In this document: positions 9,939-19,506 of the stretch, piece after piece | Numbering within the stretch: the first letter of the stretch is position 1 | How the letters are laid out: every line of letters starts with the position of its first letter | Program-made: the position numbers and the translations under genes | NCBI GenBank assembly: GCA_963667785.2 | Contig: CAXXMU010000002.1 | Location: 768,001-832,000 of the forward strand | Direction: 5' to 3' | Source: Alphaproteobacteria bacterium | GTDB taxonomy: Bacteria > Pseudomonadota > Alphaproteobacteria > UBA828 | Length of the DNA stretch: 64,000 nucleotides | Notes under the pieces: model-generated | Told to the model about the DNA's origin: nothing | What the model saw: only the letters and a program-made list of their open reading frames with translations | Databases searched by the model: none

Positions 9939-10888
9939 CGCCGCCACTCCTGCACCTTGCGGCCGGCGTCGGCGATGATGGCGTAGATGCCTTCGGGCTT
10001 GACGACGTAGAGCACCAGCGCGATGCCGCCGTAGAGGAGATAGCGCTCCATGCCCGGCATCACCGGCCGGAGATACTCGAGCAGGACGGTCAGGAAGTAG
10101 GCGCCCATGATCGGGCCGATGATCGTCTCGGCCCCGCCGAGCAGCGCCGCGACCAGGATGGTGAAGAGGAAGCTGATCTCGAACATGCCGCGCGGCGCGA
10201 TCGAGCCGATGTAATGGACGTAGAAGGCGCCGCCGATGCCGGAGACGGCGGCGCTCACCGTGAAGGCGAAGAGCTTGAGCTTGGTGGTGTTGTGGCCGGT
10301 GCTGCGGACCGCCTCCTCGTTCATCCTGATGGCGCTCAGCGCGATCCCGAGGCGGGTGCGGATGAGGAGCCAGAGCACCACCCCGATCACGAACATGATG
10401 CCGAAGCTGAGGTAGTAGTTGTTCACGGCGCCGGAGACGATGCTCTCGAGGCCCGAGATGCCCCTGGTGCCGCCCGTGATCTTGGGCGCCACGACCTTGG
10501 TGAGCTGGTAGAGGATCTCCATGAAGGCGAGCGTCACCAGCGCGAAGTAGGTGCCGCGGATGCGCAGCGCCGGCAGGAAGAAGAGCGTGCCGCCCACCAT
10601 GGTCGCCGCCACCGCCGCCGGGATGCTGTAGTAGATCGGGACGTCGAAGCGGAAGCTCAGGATCGCCGTGGTGTAGCCGGCGATGCCGATGAGAAACGGG
10701 TGGCCGAAGCTGATGTAGCCGGTCCTGCCGGAGAGGAAGTCCCAGCTCATGGCGAACATCGCCAGGAAGTGGGCGAAGATCAGGATGCGCAGCGTGCCGG
10801 TGCCTACCACCAGCGGCAGCAGGCACATGAGCACGCCGAAGGCGAGCCACCAGCCGAGATAGCGCAGCGTCTCGCGGTCAACGGCCAT
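9935..10888 (-). CDS. ABC transporter permease (LivM-like)
   Basis: TGYISFGH, RGTYFALVTLAF, LLGGAETIIGP; hydrophobic. Confidence 0.92.
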   Translation of the reverse strand: MAVDRETLRYLGWWLAFGVLMCLLPLVVGTGTLRILIFAHFLAMFAMSWDFLSGRTGYISFGHPFLIGIAGYTTAILSFRFDVPIYYSIPAAVAATMVGGTLFFLPALRIRGTYFALVTLAFMEILYQLTKVVAPKITGGTRGISGLESIVSGAVNNYYLSFGIMFVIGVVLWLLIRTRLGIALSAIRMNEEAVRSTGHNTTKLKLFAFTVSAAVSGIGGAFYVHYIGSIAPRGMFEISFLFTILVAALLGGAETIIGPIMGAYFLTVLLEYLRPVMPGMERYLLYGGIALVLYVVKPEGIYAIIADAGRKVQEWRR

Positions 10889-10891
10889 GGC

Positions 10892-11746
10892 TCAGAGCTC
10901 CGCCTTGCCGAAGAGGCCCTTGGGCCGCACCAGCAGCACCAGGATGATGAGCAGCATGGTGGAGACGCCGCGCAGCTCGGCCGCGATCAGGGTGGTCGTG
11001 ATCGTCTCGACGAATCCGATGATGTGGGCCGCGATCAGGCTGCCGACGATGCTGCCGATGCCGCCGACGATCACGACCGCCACCGAGATGATGAGCGGGA
11101 ACACCCACATGTGGGAATCGAGCTGGGTGAAGGTCGCGAAGAAGACACCGGCGATGGCGCCGAAGGCGCCGCTGAGCGCCCAGGTCACCATGCTGATGAC
11201 GCTGGGCTCAATGCCCGAGATCACCGCGCCCTTGCGGTCCATGGAGACCGCGCGGATGGCGCGGCCGAGATGGGTGTAGCGGACGAAGGCCATGAGGCTG
11301 CCGAGCACCACCCAGCTCACGCCGGTCGCCAGCAGGATGTTCATGGTGACCGAGACGCCCTCGTAGCGGAGCACGCCGCGAATCACCGGCCACATGGTCT
11401 TGGGTGCGGCGCCGAAGATCACCACGATCAACGCCTGCATGACGACGGCGAGGATCAGCGTCGATATCTCGACCGCGATCGGGTTGTCCTCCAGCCGGCG
11501 GACCAGGAACAGATAAGTGAGCAGGCCGAAGGTCACGCCCGCCAGGATCGCCAGGATGAAGCTTGCGAAGACCGGCAGCCCCGCCTCCTGGAGGGCCGCG
11601 TAGTAGATGTAGCCGCCGAGCATGATGTAGACGCCGTAGGCCAGGTTCAGCACCCGGCCGACGCTGAAGATCATGGTGAAGCCGACGGCGATCAGCGCGT
11701 AGAGGCCGCTGAGCACGAACCCCTGGATCAGGATCTGGAGCGCCAT
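10892..11746 (-). CDS. ABC transporter permease (LivH-like)
   Basis: YALIAVGFTMIF..LNLAYG, GRAIRAV, VIVGGIGSIVG and RPKGLFG. Confidence 0.92.
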   Translation of the reverse strand: MALQILIQGFVLSGLYALIAVGFTMIFSVGRVLNLAYGVYIMLGGYIYYAALQEAGLPVFASFILAILAGVTFGLLTYLFLVRRLEDNPIAVEISTLILAVVMQALIVVIFGAAPKTMWPVIRGVLRYEGVSVTMNILLATGVSWVVLGSLMAFVRYTHLGRAIRAVSMDRKGAVISGIEPSVISMVTWALSGAFGAIAGVFFATFTQLDSHMWVFPLIISVAVVIVGGIGSIVGSLIAAHIIGFVETITTTLIAAELRGVSTMLLIILVLLVRPKGLFGKAEL

Positions 11747-11838
11747 CAGAGCTCGCTCGCGGGCCGTCGGGTCAGCGTTCGCACGGAGGCCGGGACGCTC
11801 CGATCACGGGCGACCCCGGCGCACTTCCAGCAAGGCAA

Positions 11839-11869
11839 ACCGGGCGCGACCCGTATAGCCGCGCCCGGT
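11839..11869 (-). terminator. Stem-loop after the substrate-binding protein gene (partial terminator/mRNA stabiliser)
   Basis: 10-bp perfect stem ACCGGGCGCG/CGCGCCCGGT, followed by TTGCCTTG on the minus strand. Confidence 0.55.
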
Positions 11870-11884
11870 GAGTGACTAGCCGAC

Positions 11885-13189
11885 CTACTTCAGCCAGTCC
11901 GGCACCTCGAACTCGCCGTTGGCGTACTTCGGCGGGTAGACGACCTTGGTGGAGCCATCCGAGTACCACTGGATGACCACCATCGACGGCGCCCCTTCAT
12001 CGTAGGGCGGGTTGATGTCGAACTTGATGTTGTGGGTGTATTCCCGCTGGGTGCGGGGCTCGATCTCGCCCGGCTTCCAGAAGGCGTAGCGGAGCCAGAT
12101 CTCGCCGTCCTTCTCGACGACGATATCGTCGTTCTCCATCTCGCGGACCCAGTCGTCGAGCGGCTCGAAGCCGCCGGCGCGCTCCGCCGCGGCGAAGGCG
12201 TTGAGCATCCCGTAGTAGGCGTTGAAGCCGTTGAAGTGCGGGAAGACCGGCCGCGAATCGCCGTACTTGGCAGCGTACCTGTCGAGGAAGTCCTGCGTGC
12301 GCGGGTCGATTTCCGAGCCGATGGAGGGCACCGGGCTCAGCGTCGAGATGCCGCCGCCGAGGCCGCCGGTATCGTCCCAGAACTCCCGGGCGAAGGCCGA
12401 GACGTTGATCCCGGTCATCGGCAACGGCACCTCGAGCTTCACGTACTGCGAGGCCGGCACCTGGCTGCGCACCGCCGCGATCGAGTAGATGAAGTCGGGC
12501 TCCGCCGCCACCGCTTTGTTGTAGATGGGGCCGAAGTCGACCGTGTTGGTGTCGTAGACGGTGTGACCGATGATCTCGATGCCGGCCTCCGGCGCGAGCA
12601 CCTGCTCGATCAGCTCGTAGACGCCGCCGCCGAACGCGGTGTCCTCCTGCAGAACGTACACCGTCTTCCAGCCCATCTTCTTGGAGAGCACGTCCTTGCC
12701 GAAGTCGACGTAGAGGATGGCCAGCGCGTAGTCGTTGGAGACGTTCATGAAGTACATCTTGTACTTCTCGTACTCCTCGACGACCTTGTCGATGATGCCG
12801 ACATAGGAGGTCCAGGTGTCGAGGGTCGGCGTCCGGTACTCCGCCATGCGCTCGAGCCAGCCCAGCGACACGTCGTCGATGCAGCCCGAGATGATGAAGT
12901 CGACGTTCTCGACCTCGTTCAGGTATTCGTAGGCCTTGATGCCCTCCTGCACGTCCTCGCGTGTGTCGGCCTTGACCAGCTCGATCATGCGCCCGCCGAG
13001 CACCCCGCCGGCCGCATTGATTTCCTCGATGGCGATCTCGGTGCCCCGGATCGTGCTCTTGCCCGTGTCGGTGTCGAACGAGCCGATATAGCCGACCTTG
13101 ATCGGGTCGGCGGCAGGTGCGGCGGTCGTAAGCGACCAGACGGCCGCCGTGGCGACTGCGGCGCCTATCAGCAGATGACGGACTTTCAT
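11885..13189 (-). CDS. ABC transporter substrate-binding protein (LivJ/K-like, periplasmic binding protein type 1)
   Basis: Signal peptide, IKVG, EEINAAGGVLGGRMIELVKADT; first gene of the Liv-type operon. Confidence 0.9.
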   Translation of the reverse strand: MKVRHLLIGAAVATAAVWSLTTAAPAADPIKVGYIGSFDTDTGKSTIRGTEIAIEEINAAGGVLGGRMIELVKADTREDVQEGIKAYEYLNEVENVDFIISGCIDDVSLGWLERMAEYRTPTLDTWTSYVGIIDKVVEEYEKYKMYFMNVSNDYALAILYVDFGKDVLSKKMGWKTVYVLQEDTAFGGGVYELIEQVLAPEAGIEIIGHTVYDTNTVDFGPIYNKAVAAEPDFIYSIAAVRSQVPASQYVKLEVPLPMTGINVSAFAREFWDDTGGLGGGISTLSPVPSIGSEIDPRTQDFLDRYAAKYGDSRPVFPHFNGFNAYYGMLNAFAAAERAGGFEPLDDWVREMENDDIVVEKDGEIWLRYAFWKPGEIEPRTQREYTHNIKFDINPPYDEGAPSMVVIQWYSDGSTKVVYPPKYANGEFEVPDWLK

Positions 13190-13435
13190 GACCCCAACCT
13201 CTCTTCGTCGTTAGCTATCTCCCGGATCGCACTACTGTAGCCCGGAACTCTCACAACTGTCATGGTCTGCGCGACGCGCCCCGCCCGGCGGGTGGGCAGG
13301 GTGCGGTGGTGGCTCCGACGAGCGCGCCGCTGCCTCACCTCGGCGAGACGAGGGGACGGAATCGCCGGAATCGGCGGGCGGGCTCGGGATCACACCTCGT
13401 GCTTCGCGGACTTGACCGCCGCGCGCCCGGACCCG

Positions 13436-13449
13436 ACATGCATACATGT
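13436..13449. promoter_or_regulatory. Candidate operator (ACATG-CATA-CATGT) in the divergent intergenic region
   Basis: Dyad with a TGCATACA core reminiscent of GntR-family sites, ~18 nt downstream of a TTGACC. Regulator unknown. Confidence 0.3.
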
Positions 13450-13721
13450 TCGGTGAACGACGACGGCAATCCGAGACCCCGCATGCGCCTGTTCGTGACG
13501 AGACGCACTGGCCGCACAACTCGCAGACCGAAACGCGGCATTGGGGCCCCGTTCTCAATTCGCTTTCTTGTATCGTCCGGTCGTGGCAGTCTTTTCATTT
13601 CGACCATCCTTGAGGTAGTCAATCCCGCACTGCTCACCGATCATGTGCGTCCCTTCGAATTGCGCGGCAGTTCCGGCGCTCGTACTGTGTCACGACTTCA
13701 GGTCCAAGGAGGCCACGGCTG

Positions 13722-15749
13722 ATGGCTGATTCGACCGAGGGTCTGGCATCCCAATCCCTGACGCTGCCCGAGGAGCTCATCCTGATGCTCCTCAACGACG
13801 AGACAGGCTACTTTCACCAGGTCCAGGGCTGGGAACTGAACTGCGCCGTCGTCGGCGCGGTACTGGCGGAACTGTCCCTCCTCGAGCGCATCGACACGGA
13901 CATGGAGTCGCTGCTCCTGGTGGACCGGACGGAAACGGGAAACCCGGCGCTTGATCCCATTCTGAAGGAAATCGCGGACGAGCCGGTTCGGCACAACGCC
14001 CAGTACTGGATCGAGCGACTCGCTGCCCATGCGGATTCGGTCATCGACCTGACTCTCGACCGCCTGGTCGATCTCAAGATCCTGAAGCACCACGACGGCG
14101 ATTTCTGGACCCTGGCCCCTACCAGCCGCTACTCCGACCAGTACGGCCACCTCGACGATGACACCCCGGATCAGTTCATCAAGACGCGCATCAGCGTCTA
14201 CATCTTCACCGAGGCGATCCCCGATCCGAGAGACATCATCATCATCTGCCTCGTCAATACCTGCGATGTGTTTCGCTTCATTTTCGACCTCGACGACGAG
14301 GCGGAGGAGCGCATCAAGTTCATCTGCAGAATGGACCTGATCGGCCGCTCCATCGCCGATGCGGTCGAAGCGAACATTGCCAGCCCGCTGCTTCGACACG
14401 CCGCCTTCACCAAGAAGATTCCGGTCGTTCCATGGCACAAGCTGCTGCTCAATCGACACATGCGCGATCGCAACATCCCCGGAATCTGCGCCGGGCTCGC
14501 GCAAGAGTACGGGCCGGTGTTTCAGATCCGTCCGCCGTTCGGCGAGACCGTGACCTTCCTGGCCGGGGCCGCCACCAACCGCTGGCTCCACCGCAACGGG
14601 CGGATGTACCTGAGATCCAAGGACTACTTCACCGATGTCGAGAAAGTCTACGGCGCCTCCGGGCTGATCCCCTCCCTCGACGGCGCCGATCACTTCCGGC
14701 AGCGCAAGGCCATGCAGCCGGGCTATTCTCGCGAGAGGCTGGAGGGAGAGCTGGACGCCCTCTACGGTCACATTCGCGCATTCATGGCGGATTGGAAGGT
14801 GGGCTCGACCCTGCCGGGCACCGCCACCTGCCGCCTCATGGTCAACGCTCAGATAGCGCCCGTCATTCTCAGCATCGAGGCACAGGACATCGTGGAGGAC
14901 CTGATCAAGTTCAAGGAGCGGGCGCTCACCACGCACGTCGCGAGGGTCCTGCCCAAATTCATGCTGCACACCCCGGGCATGAAGAAGCCTGCCAGGGCCA
15001 TCGAAGTGGCGGTGCAACGGATCCTGAACGTCCACACGCCCGCGCAGAGGTCCGGCTGCCCGCGCACCCTCGCGGACGACATGCTCAGCCTCCATGCCAG
15101 CGACCCGCAGTTCCTCCCCGAGTCGAACATGGCGTTCTATCTGTCGGCGCCCATGCTCGCCAGCATGTACCTCGGCGATGCGCTGGGCTTCGGCCTCTAC
15201 GCCATGGCGTCGCAGCCCGAACTCTACCGCCGGATTCGGGGCGAGGCCGATGCCCTGTTCGCCGACGGCGACCCGGACGGGGCGGCCTACACCAAGTCGG
15301 CCCTCGACGTCACGAACCGCTTCATCATGGAGTGCATGCGCATGTACCCCGTGGTGCCCGCGTCGATTCGCAACGTGATGAACTCGTGCGTCATCGAGGG
15401 CTACCAGCTTCCGGTGGGGGCACGCATCGTCATCGCCCAGACGGCCCCGCACTACATGAGCGACGTCTTCCCGGAGCCTTACAAGTTCGACATCGACCGC
15501 TACCTGCCGCCGCGCAACGAACACCGCAGCCCCGGATACGCGCCTTACGGGCTCGGCACTCACATGTGTCTCGGCTTCCGCTGGATGGAAATGCAGCTCA
15601 CCGTCAATCTGCTGATGATCGCGCGCTACTTCACGCTCGAGGTGTCGCCGAAGAACTACAAGCTCCGGATCAACCCGTTTCCGTCGATGTCTCCGAACAG
15701 GAAGCTGAAATTCCGCGTCGCCGAGCAGGCGCGCGAGCTGCCCGTCTAG
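13722..15749 (+). CDS. GPP34/GOLPH3-domain - cytochrome P450 fusion protein
   Basis: RBS AAGGAGG. The N-terminal ~215 aa (LTLPEELILMLLNDETG, GAVLAELSLLERI, TGNPALDPIL, LDRLVDLKIL) follow the GPP34 pattern. The C-terminal P450 has ExxR (ECMR), FDIDRY and heme motif YGLGTHMCLG. Confidence 0.85.
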   Translation: MADSTEGLASQSLTLPEELILMLLNDETGYFHQVQGWELNCAVVGAVLAELSLLERIDTDMESLLLVDRTETGNPALDPILKEIADEPVRHNAQYWIERLAAHADSVIDLTLDRLVDLKILKHHDGDFWTLAPTSRYSDQYGHLDDDTPDQFIKTRISVYIFTEAIPDPRDIIIICLVNTCDVFRFIFDLDDEAEERIKFICRMDLIGRSIADAVEANIASPLLRHAAFTKKIPVVPWHKLLLNRHMRDRNIPGICAGLAQEYGPVFQIRPPFGETVTFLAGAATNRWLHRNGRMYLRSKDYFTDVEKVYGASGLIPSLDGADHFRQRKAMQPGYSRERLEGELDALYGHIRAFMADWKVGSTLPGTATCRLMVNAQIAPVILSIEAQDIVEDLIKFKERALTTHVARVLPKFMLHTPGMKKPARAIEVAVQRILNVHTPAQRSGCPRTLADDMLSLHASDPQFLPESNMAFYLSAPMLASMYLGDALGFGLYAMASQPELYRRIRGEADALFADGDPDGAAYTKSALDVTNRFIMECMRMYPVVPASIRNVMNSCVIEGYQLPVGARIVIAQTAPHYMSDVFPEPYKFDIDRYLPPRNEHRSPGYAPYGLGTHMCLGFRWMEMQLTVNLLMIARYFTLEVSPKNYKLRINPFPSMSPNRKLKFRVAEQARELPV

Positions 15750-15768
15750 CCCGGATTTCTCGCCAGGC

Positions 15769-17127
15769 TCACGCCTTCCTGAAGCGCCGGCCGTACATCG
15801 TGCGGCCATAGAAGTTGAACCACTTGCGCGCCTCGGAATCCTCGAACGGATAGTCCGCCCCGAGCTGCCTCGCGGTGACGAGGCCGGTGACGAAGCAGGT
15901 CTCCTGGCTGTTGACCAGAGTGTGGGCGCCGCAGTGCCACGTCCGCCGCTTGCCCTGAACGAAGCGGAACAGGTGGATCAGGATGGCCACGTGGGGCACG
16001 TCGTGCACGATGTGCTGAAACCACCACCTCTTGATGATCTTGCCTTCGTCGATACGGCTGATCGGGTTGTAGGTCACCAGGCACGGCTTGTCCGACCGGT
16101 GCACCCAGGGCTGCTGATTGTGCATGATGTAGGTGATCTCGTAATTGTCGGGTCTCGCCCCGTACTGCTCGATGTGATTGCTCCGCGTCGCGAGCGGCTC
16201 GACCTCGTTGTCGGGAAGAACCGACGCGTCGGAATGGACGACCGTGTGGTTGTGCAGCTCGCTCTCGTAGCGGATCGAAGAGAGAAGGCTGCTCTCCATG
16301 AAGGTCGGCTTGTCCAGCATCATCAGCGTCTGATTGGCGTTGCAGGCGAAGACGACATCGTCGAACGTCTCGGTCCCTCCGTTCTCGTCCTCCACGACGA
16401 CTTCGCCTGCGCGCCGATACACTTTCCGCACCGGTCGCTCGAGGTAGATCCTGTCCCGAAAGGCGGCCGACAGCGCCTCGTAGATGCGCCGCGTGCCCCG
16501 GTCCCAGGTCTGCATCGGCGTTGCGGTCTCGATATCGAAGAACTCAAGATAGCGGGAGAACAGGGACGCAGGCATGTCGAACACGTTCGTCGCCATCAGG
16601 AAATTGACGAACATCGGCTTCAGTATCTTGTACCTGAAGTCTCCGGAGTACCTGCCCAGATTGAGGATCGCGCCCATGCTGACGTAGTTGTACGGGTTGA
16701 AGGCGTTGAGCAATCTGGACTTGCTCCGATTGAGGCGGCCGAACCAGCGCAGGCGCCGCAGCAGCCGCTGGAACTTCTCGATCTCCGGCTGCAATTGCCT
16801 CCTGATGTCGGAGTCGAAGTCGTGCGCGTAGACGCCGCCGCGATACTTCACGCTGTAGCTGAACCTGGTGTCGATCAGGTCGATACCGAGCTGCTGCATG
16901 AGCAGGACGATGTGGTGGTACACCGAGGGAATGCACGCGGTGACGGAAATATCGAACGGAATCGAGGTGCCGTCGTCCTGCGGCATGTCGGCCGTGATGG
17001 CATTGCCGCCGACCTGAGCCTGCGCCTCGTACAGGCGAAAGTCGAATCGATCGGGGTGGCGATCGAGCGCCCAGGCCACCCCCAGCCCGGAGACCCCTGC
17101 GCCGACTATGGCAACCCGTCTCGGCAT
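15769..17127 (-). CDS. FAD-dependent oxidoreductase (COG2907/amine-oxidase-like; distant relative of lipid-modifying flavoproteins)
   Basis: VAIVGAGVSGL dinucleotide fold, YEAQAQVGGNA, HSDASVLP, and QGKRRTWHCGAH...VTARQLGA C-terminus. Confidence 0.8.
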   Translation of the reverse strand: MPRRVAIVGAGVSGLGVAWALDRHPDRFDFRLYEAQAQVGGNAITADMPQDDGTSIPFDISVTACIPSVYHHIVLLMQQLGIDLIDTRFSYSVKYRGGVYAHDFDSDIRRQLQPEIEKFQRLLRRLRWFGRLNRSKSRLLNAFNPYNYVSMGAILNLGRYSGDFRYKILKPMFVNFLMATNVFDMPASLFSRYLEFFDIETATPMQTWDRGTRRIYEALSAAFRDRIYLERPVRKVYRRAGEVVVEDENGGTETFDDVVFACNANQTLMMLDKPTFMESSLLSSIRYESELHNHTVVHSDASVLPDNEVEPLATRSNHIEQYGARPDNYEITYIMHNQQPWVHRSDKPCLVTYNPISRIDEGKIIKRWWFQHIVHDVPHVAILIHLFRFVQGKRRTWHCGAHTLVNSQETCFVTGLVTARQLGADYPFEDSEARKWFNFYGRTMYGRRFRKA

Positions 17128-17197
17128 CGCCGCGGGGCTTCGGTCGGTGACCCGCCGGCCGGGAAGGCGGACCGGAGCGACTCGAAGCGGACCTGCC

Positions 17198-18019
17198 CTA
17201 GCGGATGCGCTTCAGGGCGGTCTTGGTGAAGTCGCCCACGTCGAGGTCGGTGCCGAACTCGTAGTCCAGCCAGTGCAGCTCGGTGCTCTTTCCCGTGAGA
17301 TGGTTCGTCATCGTGATCTTGCTGGCCCGCCAAAAGCGATCGAGATACTTCTGGTAGCCCTCCACGGCCATCGTCTTGAGGTGCGCGTCCCTGCGATCGT
17401 GGAACTGGATCTGCTGGACGCGAAGCTCCTCCTGGTCGAACCAGACGATCTGACGGGAGTAGCCCGACTTCCGGTCGAGCGGGACACGCTCCACCACGAC
17501 GCATTCGAGCTCGCCGCAGGGCTCGTCGCGCAGGTACGTGTACGCGTACTTCTCGATCTCGGAGGCGCCCAGGTCCTCGTAAGCGAACTCGCTGCCCATG
17601 AAGGAGCCGGACTGGTTCGAGGAACTGATGCGCTTGACCCGTTTCAGGGCGGGAAGATAGAGCCACTGCTCGTCCGGCTCGTCCTTGTGGGCATGGACGA
17701 GAAACGCCGTTCCCTTGACGTCGCGCGGCCGGTCGAACACGAACATGGTGCGATCGCCGTCCCCCTCGACCTCGATGACCTGCAGGCGAAGCTCGCGCCG
17801 GCTTTCCTGCCCGCGCTTGTTGCGCAGGACCATGTTGAGACTCGCGGTGAAATTGCCGAAACCCTTCTCGCGCTCGCGGGCGTCGGTCGCGATCCTGAGC
17901 CCGGCTTCCTCGGCGCTTTCGGCCGCCCGAGAGACCGGCGGCTCGACCGCCCAGGCCAGGACGGCGACGAAGAGCCCGAAGAGCGCAAGCAACAGGTAGG
18001 GGGAAGAGACGCGGATCAC
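17198..18019 (-). CDS. LolA-like outer-membrane lipoprotein-sorting family protein
   Basis: Signal peptide. PRDVKGTAFL, EQWLYLPALKRVKRISS, SFMGSEFAYEDL and final FTKTALKR are hallmark LolA_like/DUF1329 motifs. Confidence 0.88.
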   Translation of the reverse strand: MIRVSSPYLLLALFGLFVAVLAWAVEPPVSRAAESAEEAGLRIATDAREREKGFGNFTASLNMVLRNKRGQESRRELRLQVIEVEGDGDRTMFVFDRPRDVKGTAFLVHAHKDEPDEQWLYLPALKRVKRISSSNQSGSFMGSEFAYEDLGASEIEKYAYTYLRDEPCGELECVVVERVPLDRKSGYSRQIVWFDQEELRVQQIQFHDRRDAHLKTMAVEGYQKYLDRFWRASKITMTNHLTGKSTELHWLDYEFGTDLDVGDFTKTALKRIR

Positions 18020-18185
18020 CGTTTCCTCCTGTCGGTGGCCATCAGCGGAGCGGAAAAGGCGGAAAACCGGCGGCGGTATCCGGGCAGCGACTGGGCCGTG
18101 TCATCTCGTTCACCTTCGCCGGAACCTGCGGGCTCATGGTAGCACGATTCCCGCCCGGCGCATGGAGGGCCGGCGCCGGCCCGGA

Positions 18186-19451
18186 TCAGAAGTTGTAGTC
18201 CAGGTTCACCCCGATGTAGCTGTCCCGCCGCGCGACATAGGCGGCGTCTTCCTCGTCGATCCCCACATAGGCGGCGGCTTCCACGTGCAGGGACAGGCTG
18301 TCCGACAGGCGGCGCTTGAACTCGGCGCCAAGAACGCGGCTGCTGTTCTCGAGGGAGTTCAGCACGCTGCCGACGAACTCGGTGCTCTGCTCGTCGTTCA
18401 GCCCGAGACGCGCGACGAGGAGCAGGTCGTTCTCGAACGCGTTGGTCGCCCAGCGGCCTCTCCCGTCGTGGGTCCATTCGGCGATCAGGGTCAGTTCGGC
18501 GTCGAGTTCCCACGGGGAATAGATCGCGTACTCGCCGCCGAGCACGAAGGCCGCGTAGTCCTCTTCCTCGTAGTTGAGGGTCCGATCGAGTCGGGCGTTC
18601 TGCGCGCCGGCGCGGTGAATGGCTTCCAGCTTGAGAAGCCAGGGGCCGGTGGTGAGCTGGGTATCCAGGCCGAACTGCTGGATCTGCTCGTAGTACGGCG
18701 CCAGAACGAGCTCGCGGCCGACCAGCATCGGCAGCAGGGTGGGCTCGCGGCTGGTGCCGTCGAACGCGCTGAGCCCGACATCGAGCGGGCCGACGCTGCC
18801 GGTGTAACGGCCGGCGAGATCGACGTGCCACTCTTCATGCACTGATTCGTACGCGGTCAGAGAGTGGTCTACGACCAGCGCGGGACGCAGGCGGCCGTGG
18901 CGGCCCGGGTAGGTGCGCTTGCGGTGCCCGGTCAGCGCGAACAGCTCCAGCGCCCCCCAGTCTCCCGACAGGGTGACGTGGGCCATCGGCTGGCCCAGCT
19001 TGGTCTTCTCGTCCGGGTGCTCCACCAGGTCGGTCTGGTTGACGATATCGACCAGGGAACGCGATTCGACGACGCCCCAGAACACGCGATCGACGCCGAG
19101 CCGCAGCTCCCATTCGCCCTCGCCGATATCGCCGTAGAGGAGGAGGAAGGCCTCGCGGAGGTCGGCGTGGGTGCGCTCCGGATCCCCGGCGTCGAAGCGG
19201 TAGAAGGGCGTGACCGTGATGCTCCGGCCTTCGTCGTCCTCCATGTAGGCGGTGATCTCCGCGGCGAAGCCGCTCGAATGGGAGCGCTGGTCGGCGAACG
19301 CGGGAGTCTCGGGGTAGAGCCGGGTCTCCGGCGAATAGCGCCCGGAAAGCTCGAAGTAATCGATGAACCCGTCGTCGGCGTGTGCGCCGGTCGCGAGCAG
19401 CGGGACCAGCATGCCGAGCGCCGGGAGGAGGACGGGGAGGCGCGCGATCAT
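18186..19451 (-). CDS. Putative outer-membrane beta-barrel protein (DUF1302-like)
   Basis: Signal peptide ending AHA. DLREAF, VFWGVVES..LVDIVNQTD, amphipathic strands and C-terminal VNLDYNF (terminal Phe BAM signal). Confidence 0.75.
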   Translation of the reverse strand: MIARLPVLLPALGMLVPLLATGAHADDGFIDYFELSGRYSPETRLYPETPAFADQRSHSSGFAAEITAYMEDDEGRSITVTPFYRFDAGDPERTHADLREAFLLLYGDIGEGEWELRLGVDRVFWGVVESRSLVDIVNQTDLVEHPDEKTKLGQPMAHVTLSGDWGALELFALTGHRKRTYPGRHGRLRPALVVDHSLTAYESVHEEWHVDLAGRYTGSVGPLDVGLSAFDGTSREPTLLPMLVGRELVLAPYYEQIQQFGLDTQLTTGPWLLKLEAIHRAGAQNARLDRTLNYEEEDYAAFVLGGEYAIYSPWELDAELTLIAEWTHDGRGRWATNAFENDLLLVARLGLNDEQSTEFVGSVLNSLENSSRVLGAEFKRRLSDSLSLHVEAAAYVGIDEEDAAYVARRDSYIGVNLDYNF

Positions 19452-19506
19452 CCCGCCCTCCTCACCTCCGGCACGGATGGAGAACCGGGGCACGCGCCCG
19501 CGTTGT

